From the NCBI GenBank assembly GCA_051294375.1, contig CM119266.1:20748780-20812779 (forward strand): a stretch of 64,000 nucleotides of DNA, written 5' to 3'. The stretch comes from Paraspadella gotoi (lineage: Eukaryota; Animalia; Chaetognatha). The notes under the pieces are model-generated. The model was not told where the DNA came from. It searched no databases and saw nothing but the letters and a program-made list of their open reading frames with translations. Each line of letters starts with the position of its first letter. Position 1 is the first letter of the stretch. Positions 62,022 to 64,000 of the stretch are shown here, in pieces. The position numbers and the translations under genes were made by a program.

Positions 62022-63726
62022 TTGAGGGAAGAAAGTAGCCAACAAAGATGTGAGACAGGACAGTGGAGAAATGTGAGGACAGGTTTAAGTTGAGAGTGAG
62101 AGAGAGACAGGGAAGCAGAGATTAACATTTAGAGAGACAATACATGAGTTAATGTACAATAATAGTAAAATTAATAAATATGTAAACAGACTTAATAGGT
62201 AAACTAAATTTAAATTAGATTGAATTATGAAATTGAAATTTAGATGAAATGGAAATAAAGATGTTGAGGGATAGGAAAATAAAAGATTTAAGTGAAAAAT
62301 AATAAGGATAAAAATGAGCCCACCATGGCGCAACTGGAAACTAAGCAGAAGCGTCCTAAGAACGCGAGTTAATTCCCTCCCCTGCCACCAAGGGATCGCT
62401 GAAGCATTGGTGCGGGTGCTAGGAAAGCAGGGGATCTCCACTTCAGTGACGACCTGTGGCTCTTTACGTGAGCATTTGGTGAAACCAAAAGACAAAATCC
62501 CCAGACCAAAAACATCAGGAGCTGTCTATTGGGTGGCCTGTGCAGGGGTGGGCAACCAACCCTGCACAGCATCATACGTGGGTGAGACAGGGAAGTCTCT
62601 GACAGATCGGTTCAAACAGGATACAACCATACCGTGACTCTCGTGGTCATTTCCTGTCAGCAATAGCAGAACATTTGGCAAACACTGGCCATCTGTTCAG
62701 AGAAACTGACTGTGTTGTGCTGTCCCATGACCCCAACTGGTTCTCAAGAGGTATTCGAGGCGATTTTCATCAAGGACCTCTTTGAACAGTGATGGAGGAC
62801 AATTTGACCTCCCTCCAAGCTATGATTCGCTTATCCAAAGTGTGGTGGAGCGCCCCTCTCCACCACAGCTGTACAGTGATTCCCCTGCCCCCACTCAATG
62901 GGTCAGGCGGAGACCTCCCGATACGCATTGGATGCCCCAGCATCTCCTGTAACAACCCAGTCCGACTCTTCTCGGATCGGGCGCCTACCAAAAAGATTGT
63001 TGCAAGAGGAGAGGGAATCTAACTACCTTTACAAAACGGGCGAGAACAAATCGCCACCCACCTCGCCAACAGGCGAGACGAGGGCCGTTGGCAGGCTTAT
63101 CAGGCCTGAAAGATATTCAAGTTTCTCTTGGTCTCTTTCCAACCATTTTGCACTCCATCACAATACCCTCTCAACCTATGACAAGCCAATGACCCGACCA
63201 CATCGCCAGCATCCCCCTTGTTGACCCGGGGAGGGACCAGCTCATTTTGAGCTTCTTTCTCCTTTTTATTTTTTTTCACTTAAATCTTTTACTTTCCTAT
63301 CCCTCAACATCTTTATTTCCATATATAAATTTAAATTTCTTAATTCAATCTGATTTAAATTTAGTTTACCTATTAAGTCTGTTTACATATTTATTAATTT
63401 TACTATTGTTGTACATTAACTAATGTATTGTCTCTCTAAATGTTAACCTCTGCTTCCCTGTCTCTCACAAATTTAATTTTCTTTTCCCTGACCTTCTCTC
63501 TCTCACTCTCTATCTCCCAACTTAAACCTGTCCTCACATTTCACCACTGTCCTGTCTCACATCTTTATTGGCTATTTTCTTCCCTCAATTTTTCTGTCTC
63601 TCTCTCAAAAGTCATAATGAAAAACCGAAAAATGTGAAATTGTCAAAACACGCTGATGAAGGCATGCAGGAAAGCTGAAACATGTCCTGCTATATTACAA
63701 ATCAAATCGTTGTTGATAAGACTTCA
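61852..63726 (+). mobile_element. 5'-truncated Penelope-like element with about 460-bp inverted pLTRs, inserted between cassettes 31 and 32
   Basis: ORF 62314-62637 ...LREHLVKPKDK...GAVYWVAC...CTASYVGETGKSLTDRF (GIY-YIG, frameshifted), same family as 24729-26202. Ends tgaagtcttatcaacaac / gttgttgataagacttca are inverted. Degenerate hammerhead CTGATGA...GAAACATGTC at 63653-63686. Confidence 0.85.
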
Positions 63727-63825
63727 GGTAAAATTGTAGTATTTTAGTAATTTAATCATTACATGAAGGAAGAAGGAAATTTAATCTAGAATAAAATGAT
63801 TTTTGACCATTTCCTTCCCATTAAG

Positions 63826-64000
63826 ATGTCCGCCAAAGATGTTCTGGCTCAGTTTGGTATTCGAGTGTCCACTTCATTTACTTCAAGTCAAATAGCTGAG
63901 ATGCAAGATTTGTTTAATTCTAATCCCTATCCTACTAAAGATCAAAAAGAGGCTCTTGCTTTAAAAATAGGAGTTTCTTTGAAAAGATTAAACCATTGGT
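63826..64000 (+). CDS. Homeodomain cassette 32 (truncated by the window end)
   Basis: ttaag|MSAKDVLAQFGIR...PYPTKDQKEALALKIGVSLKRLNHW. Confidence 0.8.
   Translation, partial: MSAKDVLAQFGIRVSTSFTSSQIAEMQDLFNSNPYPTKDQKEALALKIGVSLKRLNHW

Larger units (their letters stand above)
53916..64000 (+). other. Tandem array of at least 32 homeodomain-encoding alternative terminal exons (continues past the window end)
   Basis: Each unit is an AG acceptor in phase 0, (D)LLAAFGIR-like motif, homeodomain (F..EQ..L...F/Y....YP...EK..LA...GL...QV..WF...R) and stop. Confidence 0.88.

Noticed and set aside
53916-64000. Array as one giant multi-homeodomain protein, with stops removed by tiny introns
   Set aside because: Many cassettes have no GT donor before the stop. 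Where AA|GTAA/GTAG/GTGA occurs it is phase 2 while the next acceptor is phase 0, and the introns would often be under 30 nt.
53916-64000. Cluster of independent tiny homeobox genes, or an SL-trans-spliced operon
   Set aside because: Most cassettes have no ATG before the domain (ORF-track starts are mostly TTG), and there is no room for promoters. The uniform phase-0 acceptors point to a shared upstream coding exon.
53916-64000. Hox/ParaHox/NK cluster
   Set aside because: No YPWM hexapeptide or ANTP-class signatures; units are about 200-bp single exons with atypical helix 3 residues.

Overview
AT-rich animal (invertebrate-like) nuclear DNA with short GT-AG introns and one 10-N assembly gap. 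The first 45 kb hold ordinary genes: a partial WD40 gene (-), tightly packed CCDC47, NELF-B and MRG15 (+), Rab14, a POGZ/ZNF280-type zinc-finger gene, RNF13/167, an ACCS-like PLP enzyme (-), a multi-C2H2 transcription factor (-) and an NDP kinase (-). Interspersed are Penelope-like (GIY-YIG) remnants with hammerhead ribozyme motifs, tRNA-derived SINEs and MITE-like repeats. The striking feature is 49316-64000. A 7-exon, 276-codon 'constant' gene (MADS-like N-terminal segment, Q/M-rich, RGG, acidic) ends on an open phase-0 splice donor at 51405. It is followed by a dense array of at least 32 cassettes (53916 to the window end). Each has a phase-0 AG acceptor, an 'LLAAFGIR'-type motif and one divergent homeodomain; the 31 complete ones each end in their own stop codon, and most have no ATG. 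The best reading is one gene producing dozens of transcription-factor isoforms by alternative last-exon choice, like Drosophila mod(mdg4)/lola but with homeodomains whose recognition helices are highly diversified. All gene models are hand-derived from splice signals and reading frames; no transcript or database evidence was available.
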